Shown in pieces: positions 39,701 through 50,400 of a stretch of DNA of 64,000 nt (position 1 is its first letter; each line of letters starts with the position of its first letter). The notes beneath the pieces were generated by a model. The model worked only from the letters and a program-made list of their open reading frames with translations, did not search any database and was not told the DNA's origin. The DNA is from Ophelia neglecta (Eukaryota): NCBI GenBank assembly GCA_965285935.1, contig OZ260664.1, forward strand, positions 24,862,001 to 24,926,000, written 5' to 3'. A program made the position numbers and the translations under genes.

Positions 39701-42700
39701 GGCGTTTCATGTTCTCTGCGTCTTAACGTTTAAGATTTCACACCTGAAGCACCCAGTGTCGTTTTGCCTGAAGACCCAGACTGTCCTGATTGGGTTGAAA
39801 TAAATCAATACAGCGCAGCTAATCCTCATTTGCATTGTTGAAAATCTCGTTTAAACCACTGCCCAATGAGACAAATTCCACCAGTTTTAATGAACCAATC
39901 TTATGCAATGACTGAATAAAACAAACCTAAATATTTTGTCGGGCACTCATGTATTGAAAAACAAACAGAACACCGAACGTTTAAATGAGGCACCTTCCTG
40001 TTAACATTTGCCAGGCGTGTTGGGAAATGTAAGAAAGGGATTAGCGAAGGACTACAATAGCACTGACGATATCCTCGGGCAAATGATCACCGCCCTATTA
40101 CTGCGATTGTGTATAGCGATATTCAGGGGTTGGCCAGTCAGTATCCATGGGTGACGCCAGGGAGCAGGGGTTACTCAAATTGAAACAAATATTGTTACTA
40201 AGTTATTGCTGAATTGTCCAAACACGTTGTTAAGCCATCAACTCTCGGAGGCCGCGAAGCTACTCGATATGTTTAGAAAAAGCAAACGTTCCGTCTCCGC
40301 AGTGTTTATTTAGTTAGCGGTATTAAAGCCAAATCCCGGGATTATTCCACTGCAGTCAAAATATTAGCAGAAACAATTGTATGTCTTTGGCTCTCTCTGC
40401 GACCTCCAAGTTCTGTTTTAGTACCCAGCAGTAGAAATGAATTTGTTTTATGCTGCCTTCGTGCCAATGTCTCTAATCACAGTATTTGGTCAGCGGATGG
40501 GGTCTGATTTTGATATGCTGACAAAGTCGACCATTCGGGATGATTTGAGGCAATGATCCCTGATGTATTAACGGATATTCTTCGACCGAATCCACTACAT
40601 CAATCGCTTACAAGCTGTTATAAAACAGAGAAAATATTCATTATTATTGCGAGGCTTGGATGTGACCAGAATGAAGAGGACCACTTATCGCCTTCTATTT
40701 GATTCCACAAACACCATAAACCCTACAAAGATAGTCAACGTAGACAACCATATAAAACTTTTATTGTCTGGCCTGACAGCCTAAAATAAATTACTGGCTA
40801 ACGCCATGTATAATTCCAACAATAATTGAGCTTAATCTTCTCCCAAAGTACCGGCAGGGTCTTCCATCTAATTGTAAACTTTTTATCCGATATAATACTA
40901 GTTCATCTGTGAACCAGGTGTGGCGCTTCAAACTTGCCTTCTTCTGTTATTAAAAGATAAGAGATAGATCCGCAGATCTAAGTAAAGGCCAGACAGAGCC
41001 ATTCAGCACAAGGCACAAAGCCAGCAGCAGACGACACGGAAAAAAAGAGACATGTTTGTTTTATTTGTCCTTTTTTTTAAATTTTTTTTTTTGGGGGGGG
41101 GGGTGGAATAAACTGTGCAGTCAGAATAGACAGCTTAACATGGTCAACAGATGAGTTTCAATATAATGATATATTGAATATATGATTCATTGAATAGGCA
41201 CAGGACACAGATATGTTCTTGGCTATAGGTTTGGTCTACTAATGCGTGTGATCATTGCTGTTTAAAGTCACTACCAACTCCATTGCTCAGCAAATGTGTA
41301 CACACTCTCCACCTTCTGTGTGTCTCTGTCTCACAATAATGCTTCCCACACTTCATATTTCCGTGGAACTTTTTGTTCAGCACACAATACATTATAATTC
41401 TCCTCCATTATGTAAGACCTATCAAGCCTAATTTGCACATGAGGTCAGGCAACCCTTGAAAAACACCCGTTATGGTAGCGAGGGGTGACCCGCACCAAGA
41501 AAGTTGAAAATCAATGTATTATTGCGCGATGGAACAATCAATCAAGCGCGTGCAAGCTTCAAGACAAAACCGTCTCAAAACATCCTTGCACAGTGATCCT
41601 GAAACATTCAAATTTCTAATAACACCCTTGGAGTAGAGTTCAAGTAAGCAACGAACCATTTTAATTCATCTGTTGTCATTAATTTGATTCATTTGAGTGC
41701 ATGCCGCAATGTAATGGCTTTGTAGATAGTGGGTTGAAACGATGAACAGATGTCTTGCAGGTAATACATTCCATTTCAGCGTGACAGCCAAATTGTTTCA
41801 GCAAGACCCCAATATCTCAAGAAAAGTGTATGTGGAGAAACAGCACCGTTGAATATCAAATGAACCGGTGCAAATGGAAATATATAGCCCTGCCTGTGGG
41901 CGCACGAATGTTATCAATTATAGAAAGAGAATTTGTATTAAAGAAAGCAATAAAAAGCAAGGCCATTGCAAACAATGTTATACTTTGTTCCATGGCAAAA
42001 TAAAGTGTTTCTGCCCAGTTATGTGTTAGCTATAAACAACATACAATAGAAGGTCTGACTATTGCAGCCTATACAGACGTCAAAGCTTTCTTAACTTTTG
42101 TCAAAGATAAAGAAGTTGAATATTACTAAGAAAAGAAGTATAGATCGAAATCTGAAACGACAACTTAATACAAGGTCTGAATGAAGTTAATGTTATTGAC
42201 TTCATTATCATTGGTATGTCGAATTCAACTATATCTATAGCATGCAGGGAAGTCTATTCGTTCAAAGAACTTTGACAAAAAAAGACAACCCTTTATGCAT
42301 GGGCGTGAAATTTTCTATCATATTACATTCATTTTGAAGCACGTTAGCATTAATTCCACCCTGAATCAAAGCACCCTGGGTAAAAGATAAAGAAATCACC
42401 TTCGAGAGGTGATTTATTTTAAAAGTAACTTGGTCCAAACTAGAGTTTTATTGCTTTTTAGAAACAATGTTTCCCCTCCAAATAACCTCTGCAACTGATT
42501 ACAGCAATGTAGTTTTGGTGACGCTGGAAAATTGCTAGTAATTATTTGCATAAATCTGTGTAATTAAACTGAAAAGCCACACAGCAACATCAACATGCAG
42601 ACCAGACATCTGGAAAAATTATCTCATATGAACTTTAAGATAAGATGGAATGTAACCATGAAAATTAACTCTAACCCCACAGGACATTTCACTCCCTGCA

Positions 42701-45172
42701 AGTTCTCATAAAAACCTCGTAATATTGCCACAAATTACAAACTGCCAACTTTGTGATATACAAACATTCGACAAATCACCCCCATCTGTGAGAGATTGGC
42801 GTGCTTGAGGCATATGAAAACATACAATGATGATAATGACACACTGCAGTCGAAGAAATGATTGGTAAATAATAGAAACCAAACACAGCTTATCGTGCGC
42901 TGTTGAATTTTCTATGGAGTGACATAAGCTAAGAGATACAGCGGTTAGAAGCTTAGATCAATTCAAAGCACCAGTCGCCATTTCTTCAACTCTCACCTCC
43001 AGTTGACAGCACTATAAAGAGGGTCGTTTCACACTCTACTCGTCACTTTTTCAAGCATAAATCATAGCAGTAATTTCATCATTTTAAAGTTTTCTCTGTC
43101 TGCTGAATGTAATAAACAGGCGTGAATAAATAGACATCTGTGCATGCTGATAACGCCATGGAAGCTTTACAAAGATAAAACCTGCCCTGTCACAACTAAC
43201 CGAGAAAGACCTTAAACCCCCCTGGCATAAACTTAAAAGGCGATGCTTTGATATGTGTTCAGCGAAATTTTGAACTTATTCGGCCAAATGACTGCAAAAA
43301 GGATGTGTGTCCAGTGATTAAGTCTGTAACATCTGATGGAGACCCTTTCATCAGGAATTACTCACATGCACAAGGAATGATTAGATTCATATCAACACTT
43401 TCAACACCTTTCCTTAAGGACAGTTGTTCGGGGAAGAATGGGGTAAAATAATAGTGCATTGATACTTTCACAGTCCCGGGAGAGCTATGAAGTGGGAGCA
43501 ATGGTATTTATCAGCCCAGATATCAGAGAACAGATCTCAACATGCGAATGCCTTCTGTCAGCATAGTCACACAGTAAGGGAATATTAGTTCGAACATAAA
43601 ACACATTTTCTTGTGGTATACACTTAAGTATCCTGTTGTACCAAAACAGGGCGTCACATCTGGTACTTATTCATAAAGTGATTGAAAAAAAAAACAATTA
43701 TTCCATAAATCAACATGACAAGTCATTAAGAAGAACCATTTTATATCTACACCATGTTGAGCCTGATAAAGACCGAGGTGATCTTTTAGCAGTTAACGGG
43801 AGTTATAGATTGTTGACCGTATGGATGTCCGAGGGTTGTGACCCTTTCACTGACCCCTCAACCACCACAGACGGGCTCCAGCCTTCCCGGCTGACCTCCT
43901 CACCCAGGGGGCGGGCAACCCCTCACCCCAGAGCCTAATATGGTCATTAAGCACAGCGATGGGGGTGATAAAGAGTTTTCAGAACTACATGTAGCTGGCT
44001 GTTTTGGCAATAGCAACAATGATAGCAGAATCAGCCTGTACATCCTGTCTTATTTGAGGGTAATATTTTAACCCGATCATTTCAAATACATATTTATGAT
44101 GTTACCGGCATGCCCTTATATATAAAACGGTCGAAATAAAACCGACCATGGCCCCTTATAGTATATACAGTCATCACGGGGTCCCTGGCTATGTCTTCTC
44201 CTGAAAATCTGACACTTGACATCCATAACAATACCTTGGCATATCATACTGACCACAAAATCTTACGTCAACAAAATAATTACGACTAATCTATACAACC
44301 CGAGTAATTTAATACGTAACCATTCTTCATAAACACACAAATACAAAGTTCTTGTTATGGGCTAACTATATAATTACACGAAATCTAATCAATATATGCG
44401 ATTGTACTTAGTCGATAGAACAATTAATTGCACATCAATATGAACTTTATAATCGTAGTTATTGAGATTCTTATCAATTAACAGATATTTTAATTAGAAA
44501 TTCCCTGTAGAAAAGTGGCACTATCGTACTTTAGGCTTTCGCAATGGGATGGCCCGACCGAGATAAGCGTGTTGTCAACAAGACAATTCCAAACGAAAAT
44601 AAGGATTCTGGTAAGATCACCTGTGAGACCTGTAAGATAGGCCCAAATTTATATACAAAATTATTAAGCTATTCGTGTACATTAAAAATGTGATTTGTTT
44701 TGTCAACATACCTTGAGTTTGTGCAATCGTCATACAGGACATCGAACTCCTTGGGGGAAATAAGTTTACATCGGTTCACGCCAGGTTGTATGGCCCCCAA
44801 ACCCCGCAAGATTCGCACCTGCTCCACGTTGCAAACGATGGGGGTGATGTCCAATCTCTTCAGCTTGGTGTAGACCGTATGTAGACCTCCGACGAGATGC
44901 TTCAGGAACAAGTCAAAGGCCTGGGGCAAGCAGATCAGCTCCCTACCGTCGACACTAAAGGCGGCCACCTTGGCACCGCGGTACTCAATCAGCTTGCACG
45001 TGTTGTTCTCGGGATTTGAGCTGGCCGGAGGAGGTGAGCTATACACGGGCTTCTCCATCTTAAGGGGCAGAATCGGTGAGGTGGTGGAGGGTATCTGCAC
45101 GGCCGGGCTCAGTTGAGGTCTGGGCGGGGAGCCGTGCCTCAGCGGGGCCATCGGACCCTCCAACATCGACAT
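556..45172 (-). CDS. dac: dachshund homolog, complete 9-exon CDS (574 aa); join(complement: 44712-45172, 20090-20208, 14613-14802, 14373-14527, 14047-14178, 10683-10901, 1835-1918, 1183-1344, 556-758)
   Basis: Contains DD1 (ICLPQAFDLFLKHLVGGLHTVYTKLKRLDITPIVCNVEQVRILRGLGAIQPGVNRCKLI), RPGRPPKR, and DD2 (SSIETLLMNIQGLLKVAAENAR...QKRLKKEKKARRRLQEQLE). All 8 introns are GT-AG with compatible phases (2,1,2,1,1,1,1,1). Exon lengths sum to 1725 nt, ending in TAA at 556-558. Confidence 0.95.
1183..1344 (-). CDS. dac: dachshund exon 8 (SILQKRLKKEKKARRRLQEQLE...LRMLN)
   Basis: Acceptor tgctttcttgtcag, donor G|gtaaga. 162 nt, phase 1-1. Contains conserved QKRLKKEKK. Confidence 0.94.
1835..1918 (-). 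CDS. dac: dachshund exon 7 (ADLKMEILKEKELRQSIEKQLMEEHNTR, coiled coil)
   Basis: Acceptor ttttttccatattttgtag, donor A|gtatgt. 84 nt, phase 1-1. Matches the DD2 ELKM..RE+ELRE.LEKQL pattern. Confidence 0.93.
5720..5739. repeat. (AT)n microsatellite
   Basis: Ten AT units read directly. Confidence 0.9.
10683..10901 (-). CDS. dac: dachshund exon 6 (start of DD2/DACHbox-C)
   Basis: Acceptor ttctatccgtgtag, donor G|gttagt. Encodes SSIETLLMNIQGLLKVAAENARHREQQIHIEK. 219 nt, phase 1-1. Confidence 0.94.
11070..11104. repeat. imperfect (GACA)n microsatellite in intron 5
   Basis: acagacaaacagacggacagacagacagacagaca. Confidence 0.85.
14047..14178 (-). CDS. dac: dachshund exon 5 (acidic: IGSSVSEAMTNGQMDYSGKSAVHSGNEDLDADADDESEDERDDD)
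   Basis: Acceptor tttttctttaatttccag, donor G|gtaaat. GC-rich with codon-like periodicity. 132 nt, phase 1-1. Confidence 0.85.
14373..14527 (-). CDS. dac: dachshund exon 4 (PRNLDDKEEHSRNEYNNNNNNKPLDMDKPLNLTGMPHRNLERRPSTTDKES)
   Basis: Acceptor tttcatccag after an 85-nt intron, donor A|gtaagt. Open frame, 155 nt, phase 2-1. Absent from the supplied ORF track. Confidence 0.85.
14462..14482 (-). repeat. coding (AAC)n repeat encoding poly-Asn (N6) in exon 4
   Basis: The ttg run on + reads TAC AAC x6 AAG on the minus strand. Confidence 0.85.
14613..14802 (-). CDS. dac: dachshund exon 3 (DMKKSPLFTNGY...MPFMPLGHP...AMANH...)
   Basis: Acceptor ctccctttgcag, donor GG|gtaaga. The PFM...HP...AM..NH segment resembles the conserved central Dach motif. 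190 nt, phase 1-2. Confidence 0.88.
20090..20208 (-). CDS. dac: dachshund exon 2 (SARPGRPPKRSALATPEVLEKLKKSRMENGDFGFAANRLM)
   Basis: Acceptor cctttttttcag, donor G|gtaaga. Conserved RPGRPPKR (AT-hook-like/basic) motif follows DD1. 119 nt, phase 2-1. Confidence 0.95.
22024..22059. repeat. (CA)n microsatellite in intron 1
   Basis: About 17 CA units with one interruption. Confidence 0.9.
35963..36058 (+). mobile_element. possible degenerate tRNA-derived (SINE-head-like) relic
   Basis: A-box-like TAGCTCAGTGGTA at 35963-35975 and B-box-like GGGTTTGAGCCC at 36047-36058. Spacing is long and no cloverleaf forms. Confidence 0.25.
44712..45172 (-). CDS. dac: dachshund coding exon 1 (Pro-rich N-terminus plus DD1/Ski-Sno-Dac DNA-binding domain)
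   Basis: First in-frame ATG at 45172 (MSMLEGPM...), with an in-frame TAG upstream at 45233-45235. Ends ...CTNS AG|gtatgt. 461 nt, phase 2. Confidence 0.96.
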
Positions 45173-45476
45173 GCTCTCTCGGGGAAGCAGGGGTGGTGGA
45201 AAGTTCGCCACAGTTACTGGTTGGTTGGGACACTACCAAGAAAAGCCTCTCTCCGATGACAACAACGAGCAATCCGCAACAACAGGGTGCCGCCTTTACA
45301 GTCCACAGTCAAGGCTGAAAGTCCTCTCCAATCAACACAAGTAAATGACAAGCAAAACAAGCTATCAAACAGTCTACAAGGCTAGCTGTATCAGTTTAAA
45401 AGTTAAGTCAGTGTTTTACCAACTGTAGAACTTCTTACTATGAAGCGCAGTCAATGAAAGTCACCAGTCGAATTGG
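45173..45476 (-). other. probable dachshund 5' leader/UTR
   Basis: 304 nt with no ATG on the minus strand, lying between the promoter motifs and the start codon. Inr-like TACAGTT at 45421-45427. Confidence 0.5.
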
Positions 45477-45760
45477 CATGCGTTCATGTGTACATGTGGG
45501 GAGACCAGCAGGCTTGCATCTCACAACTAGGTAAACGTCGGCCATTATGCTGATCGCGGGGCGGAGCCATCCATTCAGCGACAAGCCGCCGACCGCGTGA
45601 CGTGGCCTCCAGACGCCAGGATTGGCGAGACCAACAAACATTTCACTCTTTTCATTTGGCGAAATAGAAATGTATGACATTCGGCAAGAAATGCTTATCG
45701 ACCAAGAAGCCACCGCGGCAAAGCAACTATTCTGGGAGGCCGCTTCCTATTGGTAGACCA
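45420..45760 (-). promoter_or_regulatory. dachshund proximal promoter (CpG-rich; GC box, CRE/ATF half-site, CCAAT boxes)
   Basis: GGGGCGGAGC at 45558-45567; TGACGT at 45598-45603; CCAAT on the minus strand at 45472-45476, 45621-45625 and 45749-45753. Confidence 0.6.
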
Positions 45761-47020
45761 AGAAAATTATCATCTCTTTTGAACATTGCACACCCCCTGC
45801 TTCTGTTTATTCATTTTTCAATCACCGTGACACCCCTATATATCTATATTCACCTCAAGCAGGAACTATAAACAGACATTCTCCATGAAGCCTACTGTTG
45901 ATACAGAATAGTAATGCATAGCGTAATGATTACAATAGTGTCGAATAATGATCCAAGCGTCGGTTGCCCTCCACGAGCTATAATCCATTTGTGACAGTTC
46001 TCCGATTTGCAGTGATACAAACCTGAGACCGATCAGTCCGATCAAAGTCAGGGAGAACCCTAGCCTGGTCTACGCTTTGTCTCCCGGCCCCGATCGAAGC
46101 CGATATGAAAATCATGTATTAGCCCATAACTAGTATGAATACAAGGTTAACGAACTTAATTATGTATAAATGTCACTTGCTTTTATCTCTCTGATGAAGC
46201 GGTGTTTGTGTTTAATATGGCCTCAACTCGAAAACAGTGTATACAATTCTGTGATGAAATTCCTCTTATTTTAGATCACACAATTCCGTCGACTGTAAGG
46301 TACAATGTTTGACATTATTGTTATCTGTTGTCAGACGTCCCTATCAAACGAAAGTTTATTTAAAAGTCATTTGAAACCAAGGCGTATTCAATCATTCAGC
46401 TAAAGGTCATCAGAGAGTGGTTAATGATCATTGCATTCAAGGATCATTAATAACACTGACAAATTCCTATTTCATTCGTAGGTTATCAAACCGATGAGAA
46501 TATACACAAGAAAGTACCTTGTTAATGAGAACCGAGCCAAAATGTCAGGACTACGGGCATAACAGTCAGACAAAGTCGACTTTTCCTCCTTAGCTCTGTA
46601 TTTGACAGGTTATGATGTAAAAATAATTGACCAACCACATTTTTTCATACAAACTGGTCTAAAAGAAATCATGTTGAGATTAGGGGGCTCAAGAGACTAA
46701 CAACATTACCACTTTGAGATGATCCAATTAATTATATATTTTGAAATATATTTCTAATTAAGTGCAGTAAAGCGATTTCTGTTAATTCTGTGCCAAAGCT
46801 GCAATGTGGCTCTTATTTTTAGGTAAACAAATCATAATTTATTGTTTTTTAAATGTAATTAGGCATATATATTGTCTTTGTCTGTAGATACTTTATGGTA
46901 TTAAATGTTAATTGTATTAAACTAGCCACATTACATAATATTGCATTTTTGAAAGTCAACTAGTAACATAAGCTTGACGGGTGGTGTCCTGGGGCCTGGC
47001 GTTGTAAAAATGCAAGATGC

Positions 47021-47458
47021 TAAGGGAGCTTTCAATGTTTATCGCAGGGGGGGGGGTAAACCTGAGAGGGGGCACAATTCTTTTGCATCCATGTCAGGCG
47101 GAGGGGCAGCAGTCAACACCACACCCTCCTAGGGGGGGGGGGGAGGGTCACTTATATTTGGTTTAGATTTCTATAAGTTTCTATGAGAAAAAAATGCCTT
47201 CCGAGATAATTTGAAATTGATCTCATTTGCTTGGCATAAATATCAATTATCCCAATTTCCAGAATATTAACACCTATAAAGAATAACTAATGGGTGAAGT
47301 AATAGCCATAATGGGTAACGCAGGGTTTGTGAGTGTGGGAGGGAATAAGATTTTTACGACTCACTGTAGGAAAAATATTTTGACCCCCCCCCCCCCCCAG
47401 CACCATCCTCATCACTGGGGATTAATTTTGCAAGGCTATTGCGATTACGGCACTCCCT
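47021..47458. mobile_element. possible degenerate non-autonomous DNA element (MITE-like)
   Basis: Begins TAAGGGAGCTTTCAATGTTTATCGCA followed by poly-G runs. The far end has a poly-C run and TGCGAT...CTCCCT, a partial inverted match. No ORF. Confidence 0.3.
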
Positions 47459-50400
47459 GGGCTCAGATTATTCTCAAGTACATGTTGCCCTTTATAGGAT
47501 GGGCAGTTTTTGATGTGCCGAATAATGGAGGGGGGGGGGGGTTGTACACGGCGCGTACCCGGGGTATTCCGTGATGTCGGTCCCAGCTTTTTTGGTTACA
47601 GCCTTTTTGTCCTAGCCTTATTGGCCCTAAGTGAATTTACTTCAATATAGACATGAGCTGGTAAGAAAACAGAAGTAAAATTAAACAACAATGTCTACAA
47701 CCAAATAAAAATGGACTCATTCTCAGGAGAGTATTGATATTTAAAATGTGCTTGATCGTCTTTTTTCGATTGACTGTGTTCTCTCTCTTTAGGGGTTTAT
47801 ATGGGTCGGCAGACTATTTTACAACAGTTCACATAGCTGTATCTATATAGGCCTATGCACGGTCCAAACTTGAAGGTATAATAATGAACATAAATTAACG
47901 CATATGTAACCAAATTGGCATATTTTTGATGCAGCTCGAGTGAATAATTTCATTGTATGTGCCTTATTTAAATATTTTGTGTTTTATATTGTTTTTGTTT
48001 TGCTTTTGTTTTTTCGTAAGGGGGGTCAATTTTCACACTTTAATGTGAACTTTTTAATAGTAACCCTGGCACAGCAGTGTGTACACTAGAGGGGTCCATA
48101 CATCCGTTTTTATGGATCTGTTCGTATAGCATCTTCGCCGACTGTCAAATACGAAAAAGTATTGCAATATTTCTATCTGCCTCAAAATCATAAACATAAC
48201 AGTTAAATATGTCGTTTCATCTGTGTTTTAAGCAAACATTCAACAGTCTAATTATCTGGACAACCCCTTGCTGCTTAAGGAATAATCTGGAATAGATGGT
48301 CAAGTTCTGGCTGGCAAATATGAACAGATATTATACACTATTTTTCTGTCTCTGAGACCCAAAACACAGTGAAATAATTTCAATGCCTTTTCTCCCCGTT
48401 TTAAGTCATATGGATAGGAAACTATCGTATTGTATTTTGAATCTTAATGTTGTTTCATCACACAGGGAAGAAAGAAATTTCACAGTTTAAAACTAAAGAT
48501 GCCAAAAACTTTTTCGAATTTCATTAGTGCAGGTTTCATTTACATTGATTTCATGTATCTATCATGTGATAAGGCTTTTTATACACCACTGGTAGCCATT
48601 TAAACATATTATGACCATAATAGTGGAATATAAAGCAATAGTCATCAATGATGGGTGTTTAAAAGGCAATGCTTTGTTGCTGTATCTATAACTAGTATAG
48701 AGTATAAAACATGATAAACAATTGTATGACATTGAGAAACATATGGTCATTATAACTATTTTATATCAAAGGGTCATCGAACCAATAGTGTAGAAATGTG
48801 CATATATGTCAAATGTTTCATTTTACATGACATGGTGCAAATATTTAACCAAATAATATAATGGCTCATGAAAATTGTACCACACTAATCCGACATTATG
48901 ATGCATTACATGGTAAAAGAAGAGTATATATTGTGCAATATAAGGCAATATTGTGGACTATTTGGCGATATAGGGCATTATTGTACATTATTGTATAGGC
49001 CTAGTATATACCTAATATGAGACACCAGTCATGATTTGCCAATACCTATTCAGCTGACATCAATTCTAATGCCCTGTGACACGACCTGCTACTTATTTGG
49101 CCACAGTTGCCCTCTACCGGTCCACATTTGGGATCATATTCCCTGGCAACATGGGTGCCCGAATTCAACAGGCAATAAGAAACGAAACGAGGGGTAGGGG
49201 GTGTTGGGAAGGGTAGCAAGGATTGTCGAAGTTGACAGAAAGAATAAATGGGGTGGGGTGGGCATAGATTAGAGCAGAACAGTTTGGTGAGATAGGAGGG
49301 TTGTTGGGCGACCAAGTGAGGTTTGGGGTAATGTAGCAGGGAGTGTTGCGTCTACATTTAGGGGTGAAGGGTCGTGTCTTCTAGAGAGGGGCGGTCTCGG
49401 GGATAGGGTGAGGGTGGGTGTCTGCGAAAAATGTAGACAGAAGAGGCGTGGAGAACATGAAAATTAAGGTGTTGGGTGCCCCTTTCTACAAAGCGTATAT
49501 TAGGAAAAATGAAAGGCAAATAGTACCTTCCAAATATAACCGGCACCATTGGGAATGATGAGCCCCTCGGGTACATGCTCTAACTGCGATGTTGAACGTT
49601 AACCATTGGTGATCATAATTACCCATGTTCCCCTCTATGGCAGGCATTATTTGCTTAATATTGCGCGACAATCTACATCATTTAACTTATATATATGTAT
49701 ATTTATGGCTATAGTTTTACCATAATAGACAAGAAAGCATAAGGCTGTGCTATATATAATTGATATGGCAACATCTTGCAATATTAACTTTTAGTTCTGT
49801 CCAGTATAACTCAATACAATGTCAATATTAGTCAATTGTACTTTAAACTGCTTTCTGATGTTTACTTTAATGTGTAGACATGATTCAGCTGCACGTTGCC
49901 CTTCGATGAATAAGTATAACAAAATAATGACTTTGTAAAATCATAAAAATATATCTTCGGATTTAAATATAATTATGTAGACAACAAGTCGGAACAAGCC
50001 TGGGACAGACATACGTCTAGGAGAATACTCCCGGCGACTCGAGCAAGTCTTTGTCTCCCCATCAAAGCTGAATCACGAGTCATAAATAGGCTATAGCTTA
50101 GTTCCTCCCTATACCGGAATAGATAGGAAATATAGCATGACATGCCGCGTCATAGCTTTCAACGGTAACTAGCATGGTTTTCAAGCCAAACGAACTTAAT
50201 AATGTAATGTATTAATTTCAATCGTAGTTGGTATATTCTCCAAAGAGATTGTGTAGGTTTTATCAAAGGCCAGTTATTATGTTAACTCCTCTACCCACAC
50301 AACGCTTCTACGCCTCTGAATGAAATTCTCTTTAAAACCCTTCGACTATATTTGAGGACATTTTGTGCTATTTAGATTATCAGTGACCAGAAATATGTTA

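Noticed and set aside
40211-40231. ATTGTCCAAAC resembling miR-219
   Set aside because: Only an 11-nt match, the seed start differs, and there is no complementary arm.
42393-42415. 9-bp hairpin followed by T's (terminator-like); other short palindromes, e.g. 32060-32073 and 37953-37967
   Set aside because: Eukaryotic intron context; isolated short inverted repeats are expected by chance.
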